Of a stretch of DNA of 31,305 bases, positions 10,101 to 17,327 are shown in pieces (positions within the stretch are counted from its first letter, which is position 1; each line of letters begins with the position of its first letter). The DNA lies in the IMG/VR virus record IMGVR_UViG_3300020042_000343, positions 1 through 31,305 of that record. The stretch is one strand, 5' to 3'. Made by a program: the position numbers and the translations under genes. This DNA comes from a virus (lineage: Duplodnaviria; Caudoviricetes). The notes under the pieces were generated by a model, which was not told where the DNA came from, made no database searches, and saw nothing but the letters and a program-made list of their open reading frames with translations.

Positions 10101-11122
10101 TGTTTGAGACCAGTTACAGCGATACGTTTGCTGATATCCAAAATTAAAGACTGTGTAGCTTTTTCGCCAATCTTTAATGCGTCTACGCCAATTTTATTTA
10201 TAAAGAAATCAGCTACGCTGTGAACAGCAGCGGCGGTAGCAAGCCGTCCGTACTCAATATCGTCTATATCCATTCCCGCTTTTTCGGCTTCATTTACCGC
10301 GCGGCTTGTAGTCTCACCTGTACCATACAAACCAGCTTGCCCCGCCATAGCAGCAGTTGCGCCATACGATTTAGCGCCCACTTTCCCATAAGCTTTAGCC
10401 GCCATTTCACTTGCTGCAATTAAAACATTTTTACTTTGGGATTCAATAAATTTAGCGCCAGCAGTTTCACCAGCAACTTTAGCGGCTTGTTTAGTAGCGC
10501 CCGCAGCCAAAGCTTTTTTAGCCTCAGTTTCAATAATATTTTCAGCGGCTTCTACAATACCTTTTTTAACTAGTGTTTTAGATACCGCAGCGCCCACTGC
10601 ACCAGGTATAGCTCCTGCACCACCACCCGCCACTGCTCCTACACCAGCGCCAATACCCATAACAGCAAGAGTTTCGGCAACGCTAGCAACGCCTGAACCA
10701 ATGTTGTAGGGAAGCCAATCAGTAACAACTGTACCGATGCCTTTTTCCCATGCTCTTGTCAGTGAATCAGACTCACGAGTCATTTGCTTAGACTCGCCAA
10801 TGTCCATCGACTCTTTACCGCTCTCAATTAAACTTTGCCCAGTTTCTGTAGCGCCAAGTTTTTTTAGGCCCATGCCCGTAAATACTTTTGCGCCGCCGTA
10901 GGTTTCTTGAAGTTGTGGTAGATAGTTGTAGATACCGCGCATGAAATCGCCAGTCTCATCATCGTCTGGCAATTGCGTTGTGTCTTTACCCTTAGGGCCT
11001 GTAGCTTTTGGGGTAGCTACTTTCTTAACCGGCTCGTCAAACTGGTCAAAGAAGTTTTGAGATGGCTTCTGTTCTTTTTCTTTTTCTTGTTCAGCGTCAA
11101 ACTGGTCGAAAAAATTAGCCAT
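4148..11122 (-). CDS. giant internal virion/ejection protein, polyvalent-protein-like, with zincin metallopeptidase motif
   Basis: 2324-aa ORF and last gene of the structural operon. It has an N-terminal duplicated NFFDQFD motif, Gly/Ala hydrophobic segments and HEVAH (7940-7954) with a downstream EFIAYA. The C-terminal region (RFHIP...QIPWGFG...P...PFIEW..N) resembles LPD38-type regions. Confidence 0.7.
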   Translation of the reverse strand: MANFFDQFDAEQEKEKEQKPSQNFFDQFDEPVKKVATPKATGPKGKDTTQLPDDDETGDFMRGIYNYLPQLQETYGGAKVFTGMGLKKLGATETGQSLIESGKESMDIGESKQMTRESDSLTRAWEKGIGTVVTDWLPYNIGSGVASVAETLAVMGIGAGVGAVAGGGAGAIPGAVGAAVSKTLVKKGIVEAAENIIETEAKKALAAGATKQAAKVAGETAGAKFIESQSKNVLIAASEMAAKAYGKVGAKSYGATAAMAGQAGLYGTGETTSRAVNEAEKAGMDIDDIEYGRLATAAAVHSVADFFINKIGVDALKIGEKATQSLILDISKRIAVTGLKQIPAEEIQTMAERYGAKLSLTDAEALREYVDTAGAAFAMSVGPGTVGGAKTHYVNKLQKAGTEAEAAGKTYRGDLTVNKDVIPPTIKGFDKESADLLMPATDAAGNPIVADVAAPEVTETTPAPKKTRAPKITAEGVTPESIQAANDYVGKIDGGETIKQSEYRQIARAVGLSIPVGTKNSEAVELIRNHLAQQGAPDATGIDTQAGGASTGVAALANQGQTTAGVAGPQPGGVVSTGANVGTNLAGAKQQPAALISPVTQRIITDEYNDGATPAELITKYASSPEIAANIDAFIKTLPPAGEALGTETTETEQTKAEGKQPPSTLSAKRPTTVKGWLQHFLKTGETDPKLAAIQQDSHPAFVADPDVTPEQNAKDAMELGQRYEAEAEAERVRLLNESTGNGALKKEDIYARYDAEQERKQTEAEAAFGLEPTKAGSISKENRDNYDKAREEFPELPEWSDLSAVDKDVYFENVRYGNMPEHRKAAQALINYRKETGGRSKGYGQGATTVGEQRTIKNYEDNRNTASKMFNVSFPRWGDLSRIAQQAYLDQIVNNAGLQQDVAFAKAGEALLKENRELSDDQKKAELANINKRQEEVRKEAEQNKEELEKLRRTYGDVASTSLGRGTLQLSKSVIEHLQKGRLGLALQDVSDTLKKNSDSRNKMFGYVANLLGNLGLKTKIEFIDRLPDGDLGIYDPYTDTITLSLSGLTVPTLLHEVAHAATVRVMYMYMNGQKNQLTERQIKGVEQILTIMRQTQFELQGDYPEAFTSPFEFIAYAMTDKFFQADLAEQGIDYAEFSALDIAAKLKLGTEDIFTILPTEKSQWSAFKKAMAGIFKVPAGALKSPNFMVELSGAFEDILSVPTEPINLETLSAKKPKGQQPTVPKTAESRETGLYEKDKNYEPSNKEKYGVDTAGDLSRMGKIKRAFSRHGWRDFVTKAQSRRQHIRAYENELNMAGLLKRDPTGAFNNVSEKQDLALNQGVRFAIDYLQQPLQKLHDTFNNWLMMSNQNTDKGLDQFHRLAEMFGATERRFAKWITSVPLSKTQNLTHNGKPISAAERRIQLMGDPRTGVDGLIHKVALNDQQKAAIRKELEYLATNHADALGDSPRISEKMRQRFAKNPKHKGIDTDKNAPIYNALGIEEATVNKRMTEFLAKSKEEQALIKEMFDQVKIITDATAELNKIGNYWSMPVSNIVGIYNYQYYMPFKGLSKHTKVDDMIDPNSKMNGAEMQDEIHAAEGRFSTSDNPLLQMIYDGYRAASRAGRKDFTQSVENAVEPTTSKDAYNPTGTGVIPGRVVKTVPFWERETVDLSKYKGANSKYIFNYKADGSMNIIAIDNPKLLQAIRYPFREKTPLWDAANRITGFFGSMHTRFNYNFAPKDFVVNTLTNAWNAATSEKIGPLGAAAYLKDVAMAVTKNGLGKAMNIAVLEEIGSAGSKKVMSDMAAKDPFIRDMLEMIRYGGKSTYMESFSLKSNLETLSENSFGKNNIITDPISATKLLDSWNNMFEFTSRTAMYSLYKERALKQNIADGMSDKKGPNGELSPAERAAAEEAAAFTLNLANFSQQGEWGKVMGAFYMFSKPSATGAVRALESVLPAFTSVKRAMQDLPPVIADNPTAKAKYEETFRIRKRNASFMTGSLIAMGGGLFALSMMGAPDDEWERNAALTDNMEQWSRYARFHIPNEVSERLGLGKDVVFQIPWGFGPGAFAASGAQFAAMLAGTITPIEAASNIAFTIMTDAFLPLPMSKIPFVDNKVMWVLDSVAPTVIRPFIEWVANINGVGQAINSASQRRMGDAYTGGDRIPEIYKDVADGLYESTHGAFDISPNTMYFFTNSYLDGVAKIAELMYSWTNLGKGEKEFNPKTDLPLFGSFFGAKTNVDSREYGKIEQKIKEIDKRLVTLDKRNPVLYAEFVAENPLYPSIVEQYQSAQGELNEIRQRATEIRNNKYLAIKDRDALLKLVILEQNMLKYRLVQDFKAMGLER

Positions 11123-11123
11123 C

Positions 11124-14100
11124 TTATTTTCCTAGGTATTCATCTGCTGCGCCAGGTCCAAATTTACCATCAAATTCTGCTTTTGCGCCAGGATTATCCT
11201 TCAACGCTTGGATGTGTTTAGCTGTTGGGGTAGGAAAATTGCCGGTTGTTCCCGCGCCACTATCAGCAGGATTAACTTTAGGACCTGTCCGTGCCTCAAC
11301 TGCTTCTGGACTTAAATTTTTAATCCGGCTAAAAGCAAGATTTTTTTCTTTCTTTGCGTCTTCAATTGCGGTGCTCCATCCTTCTTTACGTTCATTAACG
11401 CGTTTTAAAGTTTCAGCATACGCAGCTCTGTATTCTTTGTTGATCTTATTAGGATCAATCTCGCCAGTCTTTTTATCTTTAGCGCCCATAGCGTACCTTT
11501 CTAAATTCTTTAAGTCATTCTTATGGGCGTCTTGAGACTCTTGTTTAGCAACATCTGAAAGCACATCGTTGTACTCTTTGGTTGCAGCTTGATATCTAAG
11601 AAATATACGGTCTTCATTTCTAAGCGCTTCTGCCTGCTGCCTACCAAGTTTGTCTGAAGAGTTACGCATTGCTGCGGCATCTGTTTGAGCTTTTGCCTGA
11701 ATTTTTGCAACTTCAAGCGCTTTCTGATTGCCCTCACGTTGACCTTGAAGTGACAGCAAGTACTTGTTGTAGTCTTCAGCGTGCGAAGCGGCTTTCTCTT
11801 TGCGAGCCACAGCTTCTTTATGCATACCAAGCTTCTCAAGACGGGTAGCTTCATCAATATCGTAAATAATCTTGTCGGCTTCTTTGCGAGCTTTTTTAGC
11901 TTCTTTCTCGTCAGAGATAATTCCAGGTATTGACTGTTTCAATGCGTTCATACCAGCAACAAGCACTGGGCCGGGGGTTGATCCCCATGAAGCAAAGAAT
12001 TCAGCTAAACGCATGTGACGTTGACGTTCTTTTTCATCAGCCAAGTTTGCGCGCTCAGCCATCTGTTGCGCACGTAATTCTTCACGCGGTTTATTATCGC
12101 CAACGCCCAAAGCTTCACGCTCGGCTTGAATTTCTTTTAACAACTCTGCAGTTGGTCTAGTTGCTTGAGCCGAATAGATATCACGCTGACGCATGGCTTC
12201 TTGCGCAATGTCAGGTAAAGGTTTAGGAGGGGCAACAGGAACAGGCGTAGTTGGCTGAGTAGTCGCACCCATAATACCGCCCGTAGTTGGAGCAGGCTGA
12301 ATAAGGCGATCTGCCATACCAATCTTGGCTTCGTCCTCGCCGCCTTCTTCAATGGCGCTCTTTACGCCGTTACCACCAGCGCCTTGTTGGAATGCAACAA
12401 TACCGCCGGGGGCATAGCTAGGCATCTGAGGTTGAGCAGCTTGATACTGCACGCCCATAGGACCGACGCCTTGTGGCTGCTTACTCATCTGACGCTCACG
12501 CAGCAGACGTTGAGCCATCTTGCGGATAGATGGGCTAGAAGATTCTCTGGCTTGTGTTTGCAAACCTTTCTCGTCCATGCTCTCAAGCTGCTCTTCAACT
12601 TCGCCGCCCATGTCATAAGACATGATGCCGCCGCCCTTTGCGTATTTAAACTCACTAGGCAAGCCGCCCGCAGCACCGCCGGGTTTCATGGCGTTATAGA
12701 TGGATGCACCTGCACCAATTGTGCCAACTGCTTGTGACACAGGGTTAGGCGACGCAGCGTACTGATTCGTCGTAGACGCTTGCATTGGCAGACCACGGAG
12801 CATGTTGGACATTGTGCCCAACTGCATGAGGGGATACTGCTGCGCGTTTGCGTAGTCTTGAACAGCTTGGTTCTTGATTGACTGCTCGTAGGCCATCTTC
12901 TGATTGCCCATTTGCATCTGATTATTAAGAAGCGCCTGTTGTGCAGCCTGACTTTGATTAGCAATATTTGCCACGTTAGCGCCAGCTTGATTAGCCAGAC
13001 CGTAACCTGCTTGAGCGCCTTGAACGCCTTGCAGACCAACTTGAGCGCCTTGCATGCCTTGAGCAGTGCCAGCCAACTGACGATCAACACCCTGCAAGCC
13101 AACTTGCGCACCCTGCATACCTTGAGCTGTACCAGCCAATTGAGTGTTAACACCCTGCAGGCCCATGCCAGCACCTTGAATGCCAGTTTGATATGCTTGA
13201 TTAGCCGCGTTAACACCAGACAAACCGGTCTGCGTTCCTTGCATACCAAGACCGTACATTGCTCCAGCTTGACCAACACCAGACAACGCGCCTTGCTGGC
13301 CCTGCAGTGCAGTGCCAATACCAGACAAACCTAATTGACCACCAGACAACGCAGTGCCAAGACCTTGTTGCGCCCCTGCCAAACCTTGAAGATTAAGATT
13401 AGCGCCAAACTGCTGTTGAGCCTGCGCCTGCTGAAAAGCTTGCTGAAGTGCCTGTGCTGTATTAGCATTTTTTATCGTGGCCAAATTACGCTGAGCTTCA
13501 GCGTTCTCAATGGCTTGGCGTGAACCGCCAAACGCGCCAGCGCGGGCGGCTTGTGCGCCACGCACAGTGCCAGCAATATCAGCGCCACGTTGTAGTTCTC
13601 TATTTTGAACATCCAATACATTTTGTGTGTATGGGCTCATTAAAGCTTGAGTTACTCGGGGATCAGTAGCCATCTGCGCATACTGCGCCCCAGCACCGGC
13701 TTGTTGCTGCGCTAACGCTTGAGATTGACTAGCTACATCTTGGCCAGTAAAGCCCGCCATCAATCCCAGTTGACCAAGATCAGAAGCTTTTTGCCCGTAG
13801 CCTAAAGCTGTATTAGCTAACTCAGCAGCTTGAGCGCCATAACCTGCGCCTGTATCGCCGTAGCCTAAAGCTCTGTTTGAAAGACCAGCGGCTTGCGCGC
13901 CGTATCCAGCACCCATTTCACCGTACTTTGCGCCACCAGCAATGCCTAAATTAGCGCCTTGAGTACCATATTGCGCGCCCATCTCACCATACTTTTGGCC
14001 ACCAGCAATACCAAGTTCCTGACCTTTTTGGCCAGAAGCAAAACCAGCATTACCAAAACGCATAGCATCTGCAGCGGAACTCATAGCGCCTTGACCAGCT

Positions 14101-14564
14101 TGCTGCACCATGTTAGACCCAACACCAAAGTTTGGATCTTGCTTCATGCCATACATGTTCATGTAGGCTTGCTGCTGCATATCGTTAATGCCAGCTATTC
14201 CTTTTGTAGGGTCATAGGAAAGCTGATTGCCTTGGGCGTCGTACGTACCGCCGTACGCTTGGTAAGGTTTAAACCCAGTAAGTTCTGTATAGCCGGGAAC
14301 AGCCGCAGTACCAGCTGTTAGTTGATTTCCTTCACTGTCATAAGTAGCTTTAACTTCAGGCGTGCCACCTACTTCTTTGGTATTGAACAGCTGCTTCTGA
14401 GTTGCGCCAAGCATTGACTCAACGTATGGTTGAGCATACGAAGGAATGTTTGTGTTCTGAACAGTTGATGTAGTTTGAGTTGGACCACCGCCACCCCCGC
14501 CACCAAAGAAATAAAGGCGACGTCCGTCGGCAGAATAACCATCACGTTTATTTGTAATCAACAT
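11124..14564 (-). CDS. putative DNA ejection/pilot protein (Gly/Gln/Ala-rich coiled coil)
   Basis: AAGGAG RBS before the ATG at 14564. A 20-aa leader is followed by G7, then GAFGGSRQAI, G/Q/A repeats and a charged helical C-terminal half. It occupies the ejection-protein position after the tail hub gene. Confidence 0.7.
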   Translation of the reverse strand: MLITNKRDGYSADGRRLYFFGGGGGGGPTQTTSTVQNTNIPSYAQPYVESMLGATQKQLFNTKEVGGTPEVKATYDSEGNQLTAGTAAVPGYTELTGFKPYQAYGGTYDAQGNQLSYDPTKGIAGINDMQQQAYMNMYGMKQDPNFGVGSNMVQQAGQGAMSSAADAMRFGNAGFASGQKGQELGIAGGQKYGEMGAQYGTQGANLGIAGGAKYGEMGAGYGAQAAGLSNRALGYGDTGAGYGAQAAELANTALGYGQKASDLGQLGLMAGFTGQDVASQSQALAQQQAGAGAQYAQMATDPRVTQALMSPYTQNVLDVQNRELQRGADIAGTVRGAQAARAGAFGGSRQAIENAEAQRNLATIKNANTAQALQQAFQQAQAQQQFGANLNLQGLAGAQQGLGTALSGGQLGLSGIGTALQGQQGALSGVGQAGAMYGLGMQGTQTGLSGVNAANQAYQTGIQGAGMGLQGVNTQLAGTAQGMQGAQVGLQGVDRQLAGTAQGMQGAQVGLQGVQGAQAGYGLANQAGANVANIANQSQAAQQALLNNQMQMGNQKMAYEQSIKNQAVQDYANAQQYPLMQLGTMSNMLRGLPMQASTTNQYAASPNPVSQAVGTIGAGASIYNAMKPGGAAGGLPSEFKYAKGGGIMSYDMGGEVEEQLESMDEKGLQTQARESSSPSIRKMAQRLLRERQMSKQPQGVGPMGVQYQAAQPQMPSYAPGGIVAFQQGAGGNGVKSAIEEGGEDEAKIGMADRLIQPAPTTGGIMGATTQPTTPVPVAPPKPLPDIAQEAMRQRDIYSAQATRPTAELLKEIQAEREALGVGDNKPREELRAQQMAERANLADEKERQRHMRLAEFFASWGSTPGPVLVAGMNALKQSIPGIISDEKEAKKARKEADKIIYDIDEATRLEKLGMHKEAVARKEKAASHAEDYNKYLLSLQGQREGNQKALEVAKIQAKAQTDAAAMRNSSDKLGRQQAEALRNEDRIFLRYQAATKEYNDVLSDVAKQESQDAHKNDLKNLERYAMGAKDKKTGEIDPNKINKEYRAAYAETLKRVNERKEGWSTAIEDAKKEKNLAFSRIKNLSPEAVEARTGPKVNPADSGAGTTGNFPTPTAKHIQALKDNPGAKAEFDGKFGPGAADEYLGK
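13020..13240 (-). repeat. 21-aa (3x7) tandem repeats QLAGTAQGMQGAQVGLQGV in the ejection protein
   Basis: Near-identical repeated peptide units, with a matching ~63-nt period in the DNA. Confidence 0.8.
13790..14030 (-). repeat. 21-22-aa tandem repeats (LGIAGGxKYGEMGAxYG; GAGYGAQAAxLxNxALGYG)
   Basis: Two pairs of duplicated units are visible in the translation. Confidence 0.75.
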
Positions 14565-15003
14565 CTAAATGCTCCTTGCGGTAATCATCAAACCGCTCAT
14601 AAAACACAGCCTTCCACATCTCTGGAAGAAACTCTTTTGCTTTCTCGGGACCTACACAAACATGCACTATGTAAGCCATAATATTCCCTGCCGCATACCT
14701 GAGGCCATGCGCTATTTCTATACCATGCGGGTCTTTGTCTCGTTCAAACTTATTAGCCGTTTGAAATGCAGAAACAACAGTCAACCACATAGGCAAGATT
14801 TGTTCTTGAATACTACGGTAGAACGGGTTAGCTGGCAAATAAACTAAGCAAATTAAAAACGCGTTATTGATGTCGTCTTCAGTAGCTTCTTTGTCTTTGT
14901 CAACAAGGTCATCCCACAAATGCGCCAAATCCACAAACATGCGGTAAACATTTAGGGCATCTTGATTGCCCCCAAACCATTCTAGTTTGCCTTCGCTGTT
15001 CAT
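14548..15003 (-). CDS. small helical protein with DDxxD motif (isoprenoid synthase/prenyltransferase-like fold)
   Basis: AHLWDDLVDKD resembles the first aspartate-rich motif of class I isoprenoid synthases, and the protein looks all-helical. It has an ATGA overlap with the upstream gene and a 17-nt overlap with the downstream gene. Confidence 0.6.
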   Translation of the reverse strand: MNSEGKLEWFGGNQDALNVYRMFVDLAHLWDDLVDKDKEATEDDINNAFLICLVYLPANPFYRSIQEQILPMWLTVVSAFQTANKFERDKDPHGIEIAHGLRYAAGNIMAYIVHVCVGPEKAKEFLPEMWKAVFYERFDDYRKEHLDVDYK

Positions 15004-16919
15004 TTAGGCATGTATTTTCTAGCGTTAATCTGCTTGCCCTGTTTAGGGTTGCCAGTACGCGCCTTGCGCACCCTGTTCATCATGGCATGAAGATGTTTAG
15101 CGCCAGCTTCAGTTGAGCCGTTGCCCAGATGTGACACCACATCTGCTGGGATTACAAACTCGCCATCTGCAAGTCGAGCAGGTTGGCGTCCGTTAATAGT
15201 TGCAGGAATGTTGTCTGACATTCCGTCACCGGGGCCCTTGAGCAGTCTAGGGTTTCCGCCAGCAGCATAACCACCCAAACTTGAGTGCATGATGCCACCG
15301 CTTGCAGCTTCAACGTCTCTGCTACTGCTCTCTTTACTCTTAGCGCTTGTAGGCATATCTAATTTACCTAACGGAGTAGGACGTTTAGCAGCAGGAGGAG
15401 AAACGTAAGCACGTTGGTTAACCTTGGCTTGACGAATCTGAGCGGCAGTCAACGCATCCTGATAGCGGGTATCAGGGTCTTGGTCGTAATAAATACCTAC
15501 GTCAGCAGACTTTGCAGGGGCTGCTTGTGGTTGACCACCTAACATTTTTTGATATTGAGAAATAGACTCGGAGAGGCTACCGCCTTTGGCATACGCAGAA
15601 GCGCTCATGTCATCGTAATATTTACCAAGACTACCGCCGCCCATGCCGCCACCAATATCATTACCACCAGCAAATTGCCCTAAATCACCGTAGCCGGGCA
15701 CAGCAAATTCGCCCGCAGCAGAGCGAGCGCCTAACTCATCCCTAGCAAAACCAGGCCCAAATGAACCTCTGCCTTGCGCCATAGTAGTTAGCTGATCAGG
15801 CGTTGCTTGATAGTAGCCTCTAGTAGCGTCATTTAATCTGCCAGAAGCAGTATCGTCTATTACACGGTTACGTAAGATGTCGTTATACGCATCGGCTGCT
15901 GGTTGTTGTGCTGGGTTATAGCCTGCTCCCGGTGTTTGAAACACATCTGCATTACGCATAGTCCGTGAAGGCAACGGCAAAGCAACGGGGCCGCCTTCGT
16001 CGTACCCCACAGGAATATCATAAGCGTTAGCTTCCATAATGCCGCCAGCTGCATAGCCTCTAGGGTTGTATTGGAAGTCAAGCGGGTTAGCAGTGCGGCC
16101 TTGAAAGTTAGGCGATAGACGATAGCGAGACAGTGGGCCGTCGTAAGGCTTGTCGTTGAACGTAGCGCCGGTAGGCTTTAAAAGACCCAAAGCGTTAGCG
16201 CCCATGTACGCGCCTGTCATTGCAGTAAAAGGGTTCTTTTCTGCAAACTTTAAAGCTTTATCAAATCCGGCCTCAAGCCCTGAAGGAGGAGTAACAGGAA
16301 TATTAGCTTGAGCAATAGTGTTTGCCATACTGGGTATACCAGCGGAACCCGGTTCAATAAATTGGTTTGCAGCAAACTGACCTTCCATACCCATAGGAGG
16401 CGCGCTTGGAGTAAAAGGAGACGCAGCAGTTTGTGAGCCAAAATATTCTGGAAACGGACTAACTAATGGATTATTAGTTAATCCCAGTGGTTGATACGGT
16501 GTAGGTGCGGGTGGGGGCGCAATAGCAGGGGCAGCAGGGGGAGGAGTAAAGGCGGGCGCAGCGGCGGAAGAAGGCGCAGTCACGGAGGCAACAAAATTAG
16601 GATCAGGGATACCAGTGATGCCAGGATTAGCCAACTGCATAGCAGCGTTTTGTTGAGCCGCAACTTGAGCCGCGTTAATATTAGCAGCGCCAGCACCAGC
16701 GCCACCAGACGCAGCGTTAGCAGCCATAGCCTCAGAAGCAGCCAGAGCTTCAGCGCCGCCTATTGCACTCGTGCCTAATGCTTCAGCGCCAAGACCCATA
16801 AGAGCTTCTGCGCCAAGAAGTGAACTCGCAGCTAGGGCAGCTTCACCTGCGGCATACGGGGCAAGCTCAGACGCTAAAGCAACTGCGGCTTCTTCAGCAA
16901 ATATAGCAAGCATTGGCAT
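15000..16919 (-). CDS. putative internal virion/ejection protein with YxxGG repeats and C-terminal GPGDGxSDxIPA...DGEFVIPA domain
   Basis: AAGGAG RBS, Ala-rich hydrophobic N-terminus and Pro-rich linker. The C-terminal motif resembles one seen in phage tape-measure and ejection proteins. Confidence 0.7.
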   Translation of the reverse strand: MPMLAIFAEEAAVALASELAPYAAGEAALAASSLLGAEALMGLGAEALGTSAIGGAEALAASEAMAANAASGGAGAGAANINAAQVAAQQNAAMQLANPGITGIPDPNFVASVTAPSSAAAPAFTPPPAAPAIAPPPAPTPYQPLGLTNNPLVSPFPEYFGSQTAASPFTPSAPPMGMEGQFAANQFIEPGSAGIPSMANTIAQANIPVTPPSGLEAGFDKALKFAEKNPFTAMTGAYMGANALGLLKPTGATFNDKPYDGPLSRYRLSPNFQGRTANPLDFQYNPRGYAAGGIMEANAYDIPVGYDEGGPVALPLPSRTMRNADVFQTPGAGYNPAQQPAADAYNDILRNRVIDDTASGRLNDATRGYYQATPDQLTTMAQGRGSFGPGFARDELGARSAAGEFAVPGYGDLGQFAGGNDIGGGMGGGSLGKYYDDMSASAYAKGGSLSESISQYQKMLGGQPQAAPAKSADVGIYYDQDPDTRYQDALTAAQIRQAKVNQRAYVSPPAAKRPTPLGKLDMPTSAKSKESSSRDVEAASGGIMHSSLGGYAAGGNPRLLKGPGDGMSDNIPATINGRQPARLADGEFVIPADVVSHLGNGSTEAGAKHLHAMMNRVRKARTGNPKQGKQINARKYMPK

Positions 16920-16920
16920 A

Positions 16921-17271
16921 TTAAAACTCCTTAATTTCTGGCGACTCTAGTCCTGTGCCGCGAAGATTGTGTAAACAGCACAGCACTACATTGTCAGTCA
17001 GCGCCATGAATGCGTGCTTCTTGCCCGCAGGGATCGTAATAACAGCAGGGGCATCAAAACGCCCAATAGACTCACCATCTTGCCAAGCTTCAACAGCGCC
17101 GTTTGAGATTAACGTAACGTGATCATGAGCATGCACATGCTGAGATAAAACAGTTTTAGACTTAGGTATGTTATAGGCACGAACCCAAATGTCGTCGACT
17201 TCGGCAAACTCTACATAGTCAGGCTTTACCAACTTGTAGTTAGGGTTTGTACTAATAGCTTCTAAGTCCAT
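16921..17271 (-). CDS. cupin (RmlC-like) metal-binding protein
   Basis: Cupin motif 1 QHVHAHDHVTLISNG and motif 2 IPAGKKHAF, then CCLH. Confidence 0.8.
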   Translation of the reverse strand: MDLEAISTNPNYKLVKPDYVEFAEVDDIWVRAYNIPKSKTVLSQHVHAHDHVTLISNGAVEAWQDGESIGRFDAPAVITIPAGKKHAFMALTDNVVLCCLHNLRGTGLESPEIKEF

Positions 17272-17298
17272 GTTGTCACTTTTGATTAAGGCTAGTTA

Positions 17299-17327
17299 AT
17301 AATATCACGCTGTAGGCGCAGACACAA
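17299..17327 (-). promoter_or_regulatory. possible sigma70-type internal promoter
   Basis: On the minus strand, TTGTGT-17 nt-TATTAT with a TG extended -10. It reads into an AT-rich 33-nt gap before the cupin gene. Confidence 0.35.

Noticed and set aside
12686-13318. 210-aa Cys/Leu/Lys-rich alternative-frame ORF
   Set aside because: It is a frame-shifted reading of the G/Q/A repeat region, and its periodicity simply mirrors the main frame.
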